64,000 nt of DNA. It comes from Armatimonadota bacterium. Lineage in GTDB: Bacteria > Armatimonadota > Zipacnadia > Zipacnadales > UBA5352. A model generated the notes under the pieces. It saw only the letters and a list, made by a program, of their open reading frames with translations. It was not told where the DNA came from and made no database searches. The DNA is taken from assembly GCA_050942735.1 (NCBI GenBank), contig JBMNNW010000004.1, positions 29,632 through 93,631 on the forward strand, read 5' to 3'. The position numbers were made by a program, and so were the translations under genes. Of the stretch, positions 17,868-27,349 are shown in pieces (positions within the stretch are counted from its first letter, which is position 1; each line of letters begins with the position of its first letter).

Positions 17868-20248
17868 CCACCCCGCCTCCACGTCAGCGCCGCGCCCGCA
17901 ACCGCGCCGAGCGCCGCCAGTGCCAGCAGGGTGCCGAACATCCCGAGCCGGAAGCTCGCGGGCAGATACACGAAGCGCACCTCGCGCGTGTCCCGGTCAG
18001 GGTGAACCGCTCGCCGCACCAGATCGGCGGGCACCACCCTCGTCTCCGCACCGTCAGCGAAGGCCCGCCAGCCGGGGTAAGCGACGTCCGCGAGCACCAC
18101 CCACGAACCTGCCCGCATCTCGCCTGTGATGAGGACTGAGTTCGCCCGGTAGTCGGCGATGGTCAACTCCGGCCGCTCCCCGGCCGTCCAGCGGCCGGCC
18201 TCACCGACCACTCTCGCGACGAGCGGATCTCCGCCCTCAACGATCTCGTCGAAGACGGCATCCTCATCAGGCATCGGCCGCACTTCGGACGGCACGAAGG
18301 CTCGCGGCACGGCCTCCTCGTTCTCGTAGAGCCGTGTCTCCGTCAGCGCCTTCAGCCGCCAGCCGTCGCTGGTGACCGGCACGGTGGCCGAGAGCCAGCG
18401 CACCGCCATGAAATCCACCAACGCGGAGTCAGGGTCCACCTGCTCATATCCGAACCGGTCGGACTGCGCCTCGGACAGCAGGCGGTGGTAGGGCGCGTAG
18501 ATCAGCGAGTCCGAGCCCTGCGCGGATTGGAGATCAAGGATCATGTGCGAGTTCGGAGAGACGCGGTTCAGGAAGTCCGGTCCGACCGTGGCCATCCGTT
18601 GCGGCCCCTCGACCTCGTGAATCCGTGCCACCAGCTCCGGCGCCACCGACAGGTAGTCGGTTCGCCCGGCGGGAGTGAACTTCACCGCGAAGTACCCAAG
18701 GTCCAGTGCGACCACCAGTGCCAGCGCATACCACGCCCACCGCGTTCGCTGCCCAGCACCCAGCGCGATCAGCGCCCAGCTTGCGACCAGCAGCCCGCCA
18801 AAGCGCGCGATCTGCGCGAGCGTGTAGCCGCCGAGGTCAAGCCGCACACCTGCCGCCTCCGCGGCCGCCTCGAGTCCTCCGGTGTACACCCACGTCGCTA
18901 GTCCGCCGCCGAGCCCTCCCAGCAGGATAACCACTGCCGCGCCGGATACCACCCTCCGTGCGCGATCATCGTTCCGCATCTGCATCAGCGTATCCGCGCC
19001 CAGCCCCGCGAGGACCGCCCCGGCGGTGCATGCCAGAACCACCGCCCTCCCGACACCGGTCAACTGCGTATACCCCGGGATCGCGGCCCGGAAGAGCGCG
19101 TTGAGCGGCGTCCCGAACGCCAGCCCCACCGCCAGCGCGAAGACTCCCAGCCAGAACCAGCGCTGCCCACCGGGTCGCAGACCCACCGCGGCGACCGCCA
19201 GCAGCAGCGGCGCGACTCCGATGTACCACGCTGTCTCAATGTAGCTGCGATCCGCTCTGCCGGAGAAACTCGTGCCCCAGTGATTGCTGTCCACGGGGTT
19301 GCCGAACACATCGGGCATCAGCAGGATCAGCAGCTGCTGAGCGGCGAGACCGTTGCTCACCTGGTCCGCGTAGCTCGCACCTCCGACGCGGTAGTTGAGC
19401 CGCACCATCTCCAGCGAGGGGCCAAGCTGGCACCCGGCCAGAGCGATGCCGCCGACCGTGGCTGCGATGACCAGCAGCCCGTAGCTCGCGGTTCGGGCCT
19501 TGCCGCGCTCTCGCATCGTGCCCAGCAGGCGGAAGAGCGCATACCCGGCGAGCGCCACGAGCACGTAGATGGAGATCTGCAGATGCCCGGCGAGAAACTG
19601 CATGCCCACGGCCAGCATCGTCAGGCCCAGCCAGCACGCCCGCCTCCGTTGCACCGTCAGCTCCACTCCGACGAGCGCCAGCGGCAGCCACGCGGCCACC
19701 GAGCGCAGCGACGGGAAGGTCAGCCAGCCGGTGAAGAACCCGCTGAGCATGAACGTGACCCCGCCGATCGCCCCCGCAAGTGGTGTCACGCCCAGCACCC
19801 TGAGCAGCAGGTACATCCCCCAGCCCGCGATCAGGTAGAACGCGAATGTCGCCCAGCCGAGGGCTTTGAGCGGGTTGATGACGTAGTGCAACCATGTCTC
19901 CGGATAGAAGATCGCGGACTGGCCGTTGCCGACGAACGGGGTGCCACAGAGCATCTGCGTGTTCCACAGCGGCACCTCGCCCTGCCGCACCACCCGCGAC
20001 GCGTGCAGCCGCCACGGGTAGAACTGCTGAACTGCGTCGAGGATCGGGTTGCGCACAGGCTCAGCGTCCGGGAACTCCGCCGCATGCGCCCGCCACGGTT
20101 GGAAGCGCAGGTAGAGTTCGGTCGGCAGCAAGGCGCGCGGCCCGACCGTCACCTGCCACGTCACGCCGAGCGCGACGGCCGCAATGAAGGCAAGCGCGAG
20201 GACATCGCGACGCAGGCACGCCCGCTCTGAGTTACGTGCATCACTCAT
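17864..20248 (-). CDS. YfhO-family polytopic membrane protein (GT-C-type glycosyltransferase)
   Basis: 794 aa. N-terminal motif QFYPWRLHA...WNTQMLCGTPFVGNGQSAIFYPE typical of YfhO. Many TM helices followed by a large extracytoplasmic C-terminal domain. Confidence 0.75.
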   Translation of the reverse strand: MSDARNSERACLRRDVLALAFIAAVALGVTWQVTVGPRALLPTELYLRFQPWRAHAAEFPDAEPVRNPILDAVQQFYPWRLHASRVVRQGEVPLWNTQMLCGTPFVGNGQSAIFYPETWLHYVINPLKALGWATFAFYLIAGWGMYLLLRVLGVTPLAGAIGGVTFMLSGFFTGWLTFPSLRSVAAWLPLALVGVELTVQRRRACWLGLTMLAVGMQFLAGHLQISIYVLVALAGYALFRLLGTMRERGKARTASYGLLVIAATVGGIALAGCQLGPSLEMVRLNYRVGGASYADQVSNGLAAQQLLILLMPDVFGNPVDSNHWGTSFSGRADRSYIETAWYIGVAPLLLAVAAVGLRPGGQRWFWLGVFALAVGLAFGTPLNALFRAAIPGYTQLTGVGRAVVLACTAGAVLAGLGADTLMQMRNDDRARRVVSGAAVVILLGGLGGGLATWVYTGGLEAAAEAAGVRLDLGGYTLAQIARFGGLLVASWALIALGAGQRTRWAWYALALVVALDLGYFAVKFTPAGRTDYLSVAPELVARIHEVEGPQRMATVGPDFLNRVSPNSHMILDLQSAQGSDSLIYAPYHRLLSEAQSDRFGYEQVDPDSALVDFMAVRWLSATVPVTSDGWRLKALTETRLYENEEAVPRAFVPSEVRPMPDEDAVFDEIVEGGDPLVARVVGEAGRWTAGERPELTIADYRANSVLITGEMRAGSWVVLADVAYPGWRAFADGAETRVVPADLVRRAVHPDRDTREVRFVYLPASFRLGMFGTLLALAALGAVAGAALTWRRGG

Positions 20249-22164
20249 CGCCGAGCCTCCTCGGTCGCGGGCGCAATCGTGGCGCCCGGTGGCGTAAGAC
20301 CCGGTCGAAACGCATACACGGTCACGTCGCCGTCCTCGAACACCGGAAGCAGAAAGCTTCTCGTGGTCTCGCGGAACTCGGCGGCCGGGTCATCAGGCGG
20401 CACGTTCTCCGACGCGAGCATCATCTGTTCCGCAAGCAGCGCCTCACGCGGTCCGTAAAACACGTAGCCTGCGCCGATCGCCTCCAGCGCCCCGCGCAGC
20501 ACCTGCGGGCTCCGCCCCGGCAGAAGGAACTGCCCGACGTAGTCCACGGCCCGCCCGAACTCCAGCGTCTCAGCCCAGTGACCCGCGAACACGAGGCACG
20601 AGGCCCGTGGCGGAATATGACTGCCCGTCAGCGACGATGACAGAACGATCTCATCCTCGCCTGCCTCCCGCGCGAGGTGGTTGATGCCGCGCACCTCCTC
20701 GAAAGTGAGGAACATCGGCGGCTGCAGGTAGGCCAGCAGATCGGCGTTGTTCGTGCGCACATGATGCAGGCAATCACTCACGAAGAGCGCGTTTGACGGC
20801 ATGCTCAGGACCACCGCCAGCGCGATCAGCAGACCGACTCTCGCGGCGGGGGGCCGCTCCGGGTCGCCGCCGTCGCGCGCGCGCGTCCCCGCCGGGAGCA
20901 CGCGCTGCTCGGCCCGGCCTCGCGCCCCCTCGCCCGCTGACGAGGACAGCCGTGGCGCAATCACCAGCGCCAGCCCCATCGCCGCGAGCAGGCACAGCGG
21001 CATGTGCAGGCCCTCCGCCATCTTCCGCTGGAAGCTGAAGAGCGGCTCCCAGTGAAACTCCGGCGCGGCCACCGGCTTCACCGCGTAGAGCAGGACCACG
21101 TTCGTCACAACCCAGCAGACCGGCAGCATCAGCCTGGGGCTGTCGCGCCACTGCCTCACGGCGTACCATGCCCCGGGGATCGCGAGCAGCAGGATCAGCC
21201 CGTACCCGGCCGCCATATCCAGCGCAGGCGGTGACAGCGTCGCCGTCTCCACCTTGGCCATGTATGAGGGGTCCTGATTTGCCGCCCACAGCGCCCACAC
21301 GGGCGAAGGCAGCGCGATCACAAACGCCACCGCGTAGAGCGCGGCGGCGTGGCCGAGACGAAGATGTCCCCGCACCACGCTCAGCAGCCCGAATGTCACG
21401 ATCGTCGCATGCAGAACAAAGAGGTCGTACCCGTGCACGTTGCCGATCAGAAGCAGCAGCATGCCCGTGATCGCGGCCCAGCCGAGACTTCTACGCTCGA
21501 GCGTCACCATCGCCGCGATCAACACCGCGCACATAAGCACCATCGACCAGACGAAGAGCGGGTTGAGCAGCAGCGACAGGAACGTGACGGCCTCAGGCTG
21601 CACCTGCCACGTCTGCGGCGGCAGCGGCGCGTAGTCGGGTGGGCGAAGCGGAAGAGGCGCGTGATCGGGGATCGTGCTCGCCCACGCCGCCGCGAGCCAG
21701 CCGAAGCCCGAGCCCAGTGACGCGAGAGCCAGCGCGCCCCATCGGACCGCCCTCGAGCGCGAGATGAACGCGGCCAGCAGATAGATCGAGACGAGCAGCA
21801 CGATGCCGCCCGCCAGACGCGCCGCGTGGAAGACGATCGCCGGATGCTGGCCGGTCCACGCCGTGACTTTCCCGAGGGAGACCAGAAACGCGTTGAAGAA
21901 GTGGGGGTTTTGCGGCAGCGTCGTGTACTGATTGCGCAACAGCACGCGGCCCTCGGCCGCCTGCCGCATCCACGACAGGTACACGTTGCCGTCATCGACG
22001 CCCCAGATGAAGCCCTGGAACTGCTCGCCCTCCGCCGCCTGTCCGACAGCCCAGACGTAGGGCAGCGCGGTCAGTGCCATGATCAGCACCGCCCACGCGA
22101 TCACCGGCGCGATCTCGCGCCAGGTCACCATCGGCCCCCGCTCCTGGTTCGCATCCCGCGTCAT
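20245..22164 (-). CDS. Polytopic membrane protein, probable GT-C-type glycosyltransferase (unclassified)
   Basis: About 12 predicted TM helices with a conserved acidic loop (GVDDGNVYLSWMRQ). Embedded between the radical SAM and YfhO genes with 2-4 nt spacing. ATG 22164 lies 2 nt after the upstream stop. Confidence 0.5.
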   Translation of the reverse strand: MTRDANQERGPMVTWREIAPVIAWAVLIMALTALPYVWAVGQAAEGEQFQGFIWGVDDGNVYLSWMRQAAEGRVLLRNQYTTLPQNPHFFNAFLVSLGKVTAWTGQHPAIVFHAARLAGGIVLLVSIYLLAAFISRSRAVRWGALALASLGSGFGWLAAAWASTIPDHAPLPLRPPDYAPLPPQTWQVQPEAVTFLSLLLNPLFVWSMVLMCAVLIAAMVTLERRSLGWAAITGMLLLLIGNVHGYDLFVLHATIVTFGLLSVVRGHLRLGHAAALYAVAFVIALPSPVWALWAANQDPSYMAKVETATLSPPALDMAAGYGLILLLAIPGAWYAVRQWRDSPRLMLPVCWVVTNVVLLYAVKPVAAPEFHWEPLFSFQRKMAEGLHMPLCLLAAMGLALVIAPRLSSSAGEGARGRAEQRVLPAGTRARDGGDPERPPAARVGLLIALAVVLSMPSNALFVSDCLHHVRTNNADLLAYLQPPMFLTFEEVRGINHLAREAGEDEIVLSSSLTGSHIPPRASCLVFAGHWAETLEFGRAVDYVGQFLLPGRSPQVLRGALEAIGAGYVFYGPREALLAEQMMLASENVPPDDPAAEFRETTRSFLLPVFEDGDVTVYAFRPGLTPPGATIAPATEEARR

Positions 22165-22166
22165 GA

Positions 22167-23534
22167 TCAGAACCTCTGAATCTTCAGCAGAGCCTTCCGA
22201 ATGCCGGAGACACCCAGCACCGACTGTATCGTCCGCCACAGCCGCTTCGGCCCGAGGTAGAACTTGACGTAACCCAGGCGCCTGAGTCGATTGAGCGTCT
22301 TCGCCGGGAGAACCTGCTCGCTCTCGTAGACCGGCGACTTGTAGTAATCAAAGTGCGAGAAGTCGGCAGCAATCATCTCGCGCGTCATGTCGTAAAGATG
22401 CGTGTGAGGCAGCGGCGTCGTCACGCTGAATGTAACGTCGTCAAGCGGGAGGTCATTCGCAAGCTTGATGCTCGCCCGCACCTCCTCCTCGGTCTCAGTC
22501 GGCGCGCCGAGCATGAAATACCCTCGCACCTTCAACCCGAGGTCGCTCGCCACCTGCGTCGTCTCGCGCACCTGCTCGATCGTGATGCCCTTGCTGTACA
22601 CCTCGTCGAGCACTCGCTGAGACGCCGACTCGATCCCCACGTGCACCATCCGAAGCCCGGCCTGCTGCATGATCTCGAGACTCTCGCGATCGCAGACATC
22701 GGCGCGGATGTTGCACCCCCAGATCAGCCCGAGATCAGCCTCGATGAACTGCTCGCACAGCCGCCGCATCCAGCCGCGGTCCAGCAGAAACGTGTCATCG
22801 AGCCACATGAGCCCCTCGATGCCAAAGCGCTCCCTGAGCTCGGCCGCCTCGGCCACAAGCGACTCGGGCGAGCGCCGTCTGACGCGCCTCCCGAAGATCG
22901 TCCCCAGCGTGGGCTGGCAGTATGAGCAGTGATAGGGGCAGCCCCGCGACGCCATGATCGACGTCCCCCGCACACCGTAGCGCACCGCGTCGAGCTGGTA
23001 CCACAGTGACAGGTAGCCCTCCATGTCGAGCAGGTCCCATGCGGGGAATGGGAGCGCATCAAGATCGACGACCGCGTCGCCCCGTTCATTGCGGACGATC
23101 TCCGCGCCCCGCATGTACCAGACCCCGGGCTGCTCCTCGAGCCTGAGCCCTGACTCAACCAGGCGCGGAAGCGTCTCCTCGGCCTCGCCGAGCATCACCG
23201 CATCGAACGCTCCCGTGCCGAGCGTGTGCTCGGGCGCGACGGTCGGGTGCGGCCCCCCGGCCACAACCATCGTCCCCGGGCTGACCTCGCGCACCAGCCC
23301 CCCGATCGCCGCGGCATCGGCGATCATCGACGTCAATACGCTTATACCGACGAGATCGTAGCGCTCGCGCTCGAGCAACTCCCGCAACGCGCGCATCGGC
23401 CGCCGCACAAAGGTCGCATCGAATATCTCGACATCGTGACCCCGCTCACGCAGCACGGCCGCCAGATACGCCACTCCCAGTGGGGGATCCCCCGACGGGT
23501 ACTTGAAACGCGGGAAGACCAGCAGTGTCCTCAA
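22167..23534 (-). CDS. B12-binding domain radical SAM enzyme
   Basis: N-terminal cobalamin-binding Rossmann domain (LLVFPRF...LGVAYLAAVLRERGHDVEIFD). Radical SAM CxxxCxxC (CPYHCSYC). 455 aa. Confidence 0.85.
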   Translation of the reverse strand: MRTLLVFPRFKYPSGDPPLGVAYLAAVLRERGHDVEIFDATFVRRPMRALRELLERERYDLVGISVLTSMIADAAAIGGLVREVSPGTMVVAGGPHPTVAPEHTLGTGAFDAVMLGEAEETLPRLVESGLRLEEQPGVWYMRGAEIVRNERGDAVVDLDALPFPAWDLLDMEGYLSLWYQLDAVRYGVRGTSIMASRGCPYHCSYCQPTLGTIFGRRVRRRSPESLVAEAAELRERFGIEGLMWLDDTFLLDRGWMRRLCEQFIEADLGLIWGCNIRADVCDRESLEIMQQAGLRMVHVGIESASQRVLDEVYSKGITIEQVRETTQVASDLGLKVRGYFMLGAPTETEEEVRASIKLANDLPLDDVTFSVTTPLPHTHLYDMTREMIAADFSHFDYYKSPVYESEQVLPAKTLNRLRRLGYVKFYLGPKRLWRTIQSVLGVSGIRKALLKIQRF

Positions 23535-23536
23535 TC

Positions 23537-25735
23537 TCAGTTATCTCTCCTGGTGCGTCGCCCTGCCGGAAGCGCCGCGGCCGCGATGACCGCGGCCAGC
23601 AGTCCCAGCGATGTGAGCGCGAAAAAGCACCCGGCGCGCACGGTCGCGGGCTCAAATACAAGACGCACCTCGGTCTCACCACCCCGGGTGCTCACGCCGC
23701 AGAAGGCGCCGAAGACCTGCATCACCTCGCGGCGCTCACTATCGACGTAAGCGTTCCAGCCGGGGTAGAAGGTTTCCGTGATGCACAACGTCCCCTGCGC
23801 GGCCGCCGCGGGAATATGAACTCGCATGACGCCGTTGCCGGTGCGCTCCCATCGCGCGGGGCCTGTCTCCAGAAGCGCCACCTCGCCCTCCGCCTGCAGT
23901 GCCACCGGATCGATCGTGTCCACCGTGAACGCCCGCGGCAACACCGGAGCGACCTCATACACCGCCACCCGCCCGTGGCTGCTCCGCAGGGTGACCGTCT
24001 GATCGGCCGATCGAATCGGCGGCCGTCTGTGCGCAAGCACCGTGCCCACACCCGCAAGCATCTGCCCGGAGCCGGTCGCCTGCTCGGACAGCAGCATGTT
24101 GCCGTTCACCGCAGGGGCCAGTTCGTCGCCTTCAGCCCGACTGAGGTAGGCGCGGTAATCCGTCACCATCAGCGAATCATAGCCGCCGATGCTGTCGTAT
24201 CCGTAGACGGTGGCCGCGTTCGGCGGCAGCACCGCGTGCGGAGCCCGCGCCATCCCCCACTCCTCCCGCGGCGTCACCTCCAGCACCCGCCCCTCCGCCG
24301 CCATGAGCCGCTCGATCGCCGGTGTGACCGGATACAGATGCTCGCGCCGGGTCCTCGGGAGGAACTCGTGCGCCCACGGCAGCAGCTCCCACGCCAGCAC
24401 CACCAGCAGGACGGCGCAGATCCCCGTCGAAGCCGTCAGATTCCACGGGCAGCGCCCCTCCAGTCGGCACGCATCCTCCCGCTCCCGCAGACGCCTGCAG
24501 ATCCCCTCAAGCCCCCACGCCGCGGCCATCGCAGCGGCGAACGTGAACACTGAGAGCATACGCGCGAAGCTCCCGGCCTGCCCCAGCCCCGGCACATGGA
24601 AATACATAAGCCTGGCAAGTGGGCCCGCTGAGGCCAGATGAAGGGCCCCCAGCGCAAGTAGCGCGAAGAAAACGAAGTGCCGCGTTCTGCAGAAGAAGAT
24701 CCCCGCGATCGCCAGCAGCAGCGTGACAATCCCGACGAAGCCGCAGTGCTCGGAGTAGGGGATCCCGGCGGGCGTGAGCTGGTGGTCACCATGCGCGGGA
24801 TTTCCGAACGCGTCGGGATCGAGGAACGCGATCCACTCCCATGACTGCAGGGCCAGACGCTCGTGGAACTCCCAGCCCGCCTCCGAAGGCCCGCCGTGGC
24901 CGCGCGGGGAATTCGCCGCCAGCTCAAGCGTCGGCAGGACCTGCGGTGCCGCGAGCAGAAGCCCCAGTCCCACCGCTGCAAGCAGCGCGGGCATCCTTGC
25001 GGGCCGGTGGTGAGCCGCCTCCCACAGCGCCCGGGCAAGCGCGTACAGCGCCGCGCTCATCCACACATACGCCGCGATCTGAAAGTGCCCGGCCAGCAAC
25101 GTCATCGCCAGCGACACGCTCAGCACCGGCACACCCCACCTGCTGCGCGCAAAGACCAGGACAACTCCCAGCAGCGCCCCAGGCAGCCACGCCGCCGAGT
25201 TCATCAGGGTCGGCAGTTCAGTCCACGTCACCATGAACCCGCCGAATGTGAACGCCACGGCAGCAAATGCCGCCGGCAGACGCCCGAGACCAAGGTTCCG
25301 ACAGAGAAGAGCGGTGAGGACCGCGGCGAGCGCGTAGTGAAGAGCGGCGAGCAGCCCCATCCCCCACGCGACATCGACCACCGCGAGTATCCAGTTCGGC
25401 GGATAGAAGAGCGCTAACTGCCCGTTCCCCACGATAGGATAGCCGCACATCTGGTGGGGATTCCACAGCGCCAGCTCTCCAGCTCGCAGGGTCCGCGCCG
25501 CAAAAAGCCTCCAGGGGTAGAACTGGGCCACTCCGTCCCAGAGCAGCGGAGACCACTGGCGATCCGTCCCGGGGAGATCGGCCTCGCTCGCCCACGGCTC
25601 CATCTGCGACTGAAAGCCCGCGGCCAGCGGCGCGTGGGGCCCGACCACGCAGTCGGCCCAGAACGCGCCCGTGAGGACGACGAGTCCGGCGATGAGGGCG
25701 ATCGTTGGGTAGCGGCGGGCCACGTCCGTGCTCAT
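23537..25735 (-). CDS. YfhO-family polytopic membrane protein (second copy)
   Basis: Motif QFYPWRLFAARTLRAGELALWNPHQMCGYPIVGNGQLALFYPP parallels the first YfhO. ORF opens at a TTG (25771), so the internal ATG (MSTDV) is the likely start. Confidence 0.75.
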   Translation of the reverse strand: MSTDVARRYPTIALIAGLVVLTGAFWADCVVGPHAPLAAGFQSQMEPWASEADLPGTDRQWSPLLWDGVAQFYPWRLFAARTLRAGELALWNPHQMCGYPIVGNGQLALFYPPNWILAVVDVAWGMGLLAALHYALAAVLTALLCRNLGLGRLPAAFAAVAFTFGGFMVTWTELPTLMNSAAWLPGALLGVVLVFARSRWGVPVLSVSLAMTLLAGHFQIAAYVWMSAALYALARALWEAAHHRPARMPALLAAVGLGLLLAAPQVLPTLELAANSPRGHGGPSEAGWEFHERLALQSWEWIAFLDPDAFGNPAHGDHQLTPAGIPYSEHCGFVGIVTLLLAIAGIFFCRTRHFVFFALLALGALHLASAGPLARLMYFHVPGLGQAGSFARMLSVFTFAAAMAAAWGLEGICRRLREREDACRLEGRCPWNLTASTGICAVLLVVLAWELLPWAHEFLPRTRREHLYPVTPAIERLMAAEGRVLEVTPREEWGMARAPHAVLPPNAATVYGYDSIGGYDSLMVTDYRAYLSRAEGDELAPAVNGNMLLSEQATGSGQMLAGVGTVLAHRRPPIRSADQTVTLRSSHGRVAVYEVAPVLPRAFTVDTIDPVALQAEGEVALLETGPARWERTGNGVMRVHIPAAAAQGTLCITETFYPGWNAYVDSERREVMQVFGAFCGVSTRGGETEVRLVFEPATVRAGCFFALTSLGLLAAVIAAAALPAGRRTRRDN

Positions 25736-25854
25736 GCGCTGGATTATACGCCAATGAGGGCTCGCGCACAAAGTCGAGACCTCAGCCGGGGTGCGACCAG
25801 ATCATGTGGGTGACGACGGCGACCTTCCCCGCCCTCACAGACACCATTCGGGCA

Positions 25855-26006
25855 CCCCCTCCCTGTGAGTTCGCTATGCGAACTTCGGCGGGAGGGGGAA
25901 TGAGTCCGCGTTCCGACCTGTCAAAGCCCTCTCGCATCTCCGGTTGCGCACCCCCCCTCTCCCGCCTGACGCATTTCGTGTATGCGTCCAGCGAAAGGGG
26001 GGCGCG
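25855..26006. other. Two tandem C/G-clamped hairpins in the 300-bp spacer between the ArnE-like gene and the YfhO operon
   Basis: Hairpin 1: CCCCCTCCC...GTTCGC-tat-GCGAAC...GGGAGGGGG (25855-25900). Hairpin 2: GCGCACCCCCCCT...GACGCAT-loop-ATGCGTC...AGGGGGGCGCG (25948-26006). Same nested-stem architecture, different inner stems. Confidence 0.4.
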
Positions 26007-26070
26007 GCCGACGTGAGCCCCTGGCCCCAGCAACCTGCAGAATACGGTCAGCCCCCCCTCAGCCGCCCTT

Positions 26071-26511
26071 TCAGGAGACGCCGGGGTCGGTCGGAGCCTG
26101 GATCGAGATGTGAGGCGTCCTCTCGGCCTGCATGGCCTCGGCCCGGTAGCTTGCCGCGACCGTGAACACGCCCGCCAGTATCAGCGCCAGCCCGATGAGG
26201 CGCAGCAGCGGCAGGGTCTCGTTGAGCAGATACCACGACAACACTGTGACCATCACAAAGCTCAACGCCACGAAGGGATACGCGTAGCTGAGATCAAGTT
26301 TCGAGAGCACGTTCAGGTAGATCAGTGAACTCAGGCCGTAGAAAACGAAGCCCCCGAAGACGAATGGGGTGAAGATGCCCTTGATGACGGCAAGCGGTGA
26401 CGCGCCCTCCCCCAGAAGCGTCACTCCGTATTTCAGGCAGAGCTGCCCGGCCGCCCCGAGTGAGACCGAGACGAGCAGCATGATGATTGCGCCGATGGGC
26501 ATCGGGTTCAC
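26071..26511 (-). CDS. Small 4-TM EamA/SMR-like transporter, ArnE-like polyprenyl-phosphate-sugar flippase subunit
   Basis: LLVSVSLGAAGQLCLKYGV closely resembles the ArnE N-terminal AGQLCQK region. Four hydrophobic helices, about 125-145 aa. GGGGAG RBS before ATG. Confidence 0.65.
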   Translation of the reverse strand: MNPMPIGAIIMLLVSVSLGAAGQLCLKYGVTLLGEGASPLAVIKGIFTPFVFGGFVFYGLSSLIYLNVLSKLDLSYAYPFVALSFVMVTVLSWYLLNETLPLLRLIGLALILAGVFTVAASYRAEAMQAERTPHISIQAPTDPGVS

Positions 26512-26619
26512 TCCCCGGAGAAATCCTCAGGCAGGTGGACGCACAGGGATCATCGCCGCACCGCTCATCGGCGGCGATGACCCCTGCGCAGGAAAGAATC
26601 GAGGGCCGCGGCCGACCCG

Positions 26620-27252
26620 CTACGCGAGAAGCTCAGCGACCTTGTCCACGGCGGACGCGGCATCGGGCGCGTAGCCGTCCGCGCCGATCTCGTCGGCGTA
26701 CGACTGCGTCACGGGTGCGCCACCGATGATGACCTTGACCTTATCCTTCAGGCCGGCCTCCACCAGCGCGTCCACGGTGTCCTTCATCGACGGCATCGTG
26801 GTGGTCAGCAGCGCCGAAAGGGCGATGCAGTCCGCGCCCTGCTCGCTGGCGGTTGAGACGAACTGCTCGGGCGACACATCGACCTCGAGGTCGATCACGT
26901 CGTAGCCGCCTCCCTCGAGCATCATCGCAACGAGGTTCTTGCCGATGTCATGCAGGTCGCCCTTGACTGTGCCGATGACGACGGTGCCCTTCGGCTGCAT
27001 CTCGCCCTCGGTCAGCAGGGGCTTGACATGCCCCATCGCCGCCTGCATCGCACGGGCTGCGATGAGCACCTCCGGAACGTAGAACTCGTTGTTCTTGAAC
27101 TTCTCGCCGACCACGCTCATGCCCGCGATGAGCCCGTCATTGATGATCGTGCTCGGCTTGATCCCTTCGTCAATGGCCTTCTGAGTCAGCGCCTCCGCCT
27201 CGTCCTTCTGACCATTGATGACAGCATCCGCCAGTGCCTGCAGGTCCGCCAT
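26620..27252 (-). CDS. Corrinoid (cobalamin)-binding protein, MtbC/MtmC/MttC-like
   Basis: N-terminal helical B12-binding_2 cap and Rossmann B12-binding domain with DxHxxG motif (DLHDIGKN). 210 aa. GGGAGG RBS. Confidence 0.85.
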   Translation of the reverse strand: MADLQALADAVINGQKDEAEALTQKAIDEGIKPSTIINDGLIAGMSVVGEKFKNNEFYVPEVLIAARAMQAAMGHVKPLLTEGEMQPKGTVVIGTVKGDLHDIGKNLVAMMLEGGGYDVIDLEVDVSPEQFVSTASEQGADCIALSALLTTTMPSMKDTVDALVEAGLKDKVKVIIGGAPVTQSYADEIGADGYAPDAASAVDKVAELLA

Positions 27253-27349
27253 TTGGATGAACCTCCCGTGGAATGCGCAGACATTCCTCTTCTAGTGCGT
27301 GCGTCTATGCCCCGGAACGCGCCCTCGTGGGCACGGATTGACGCCTTCA

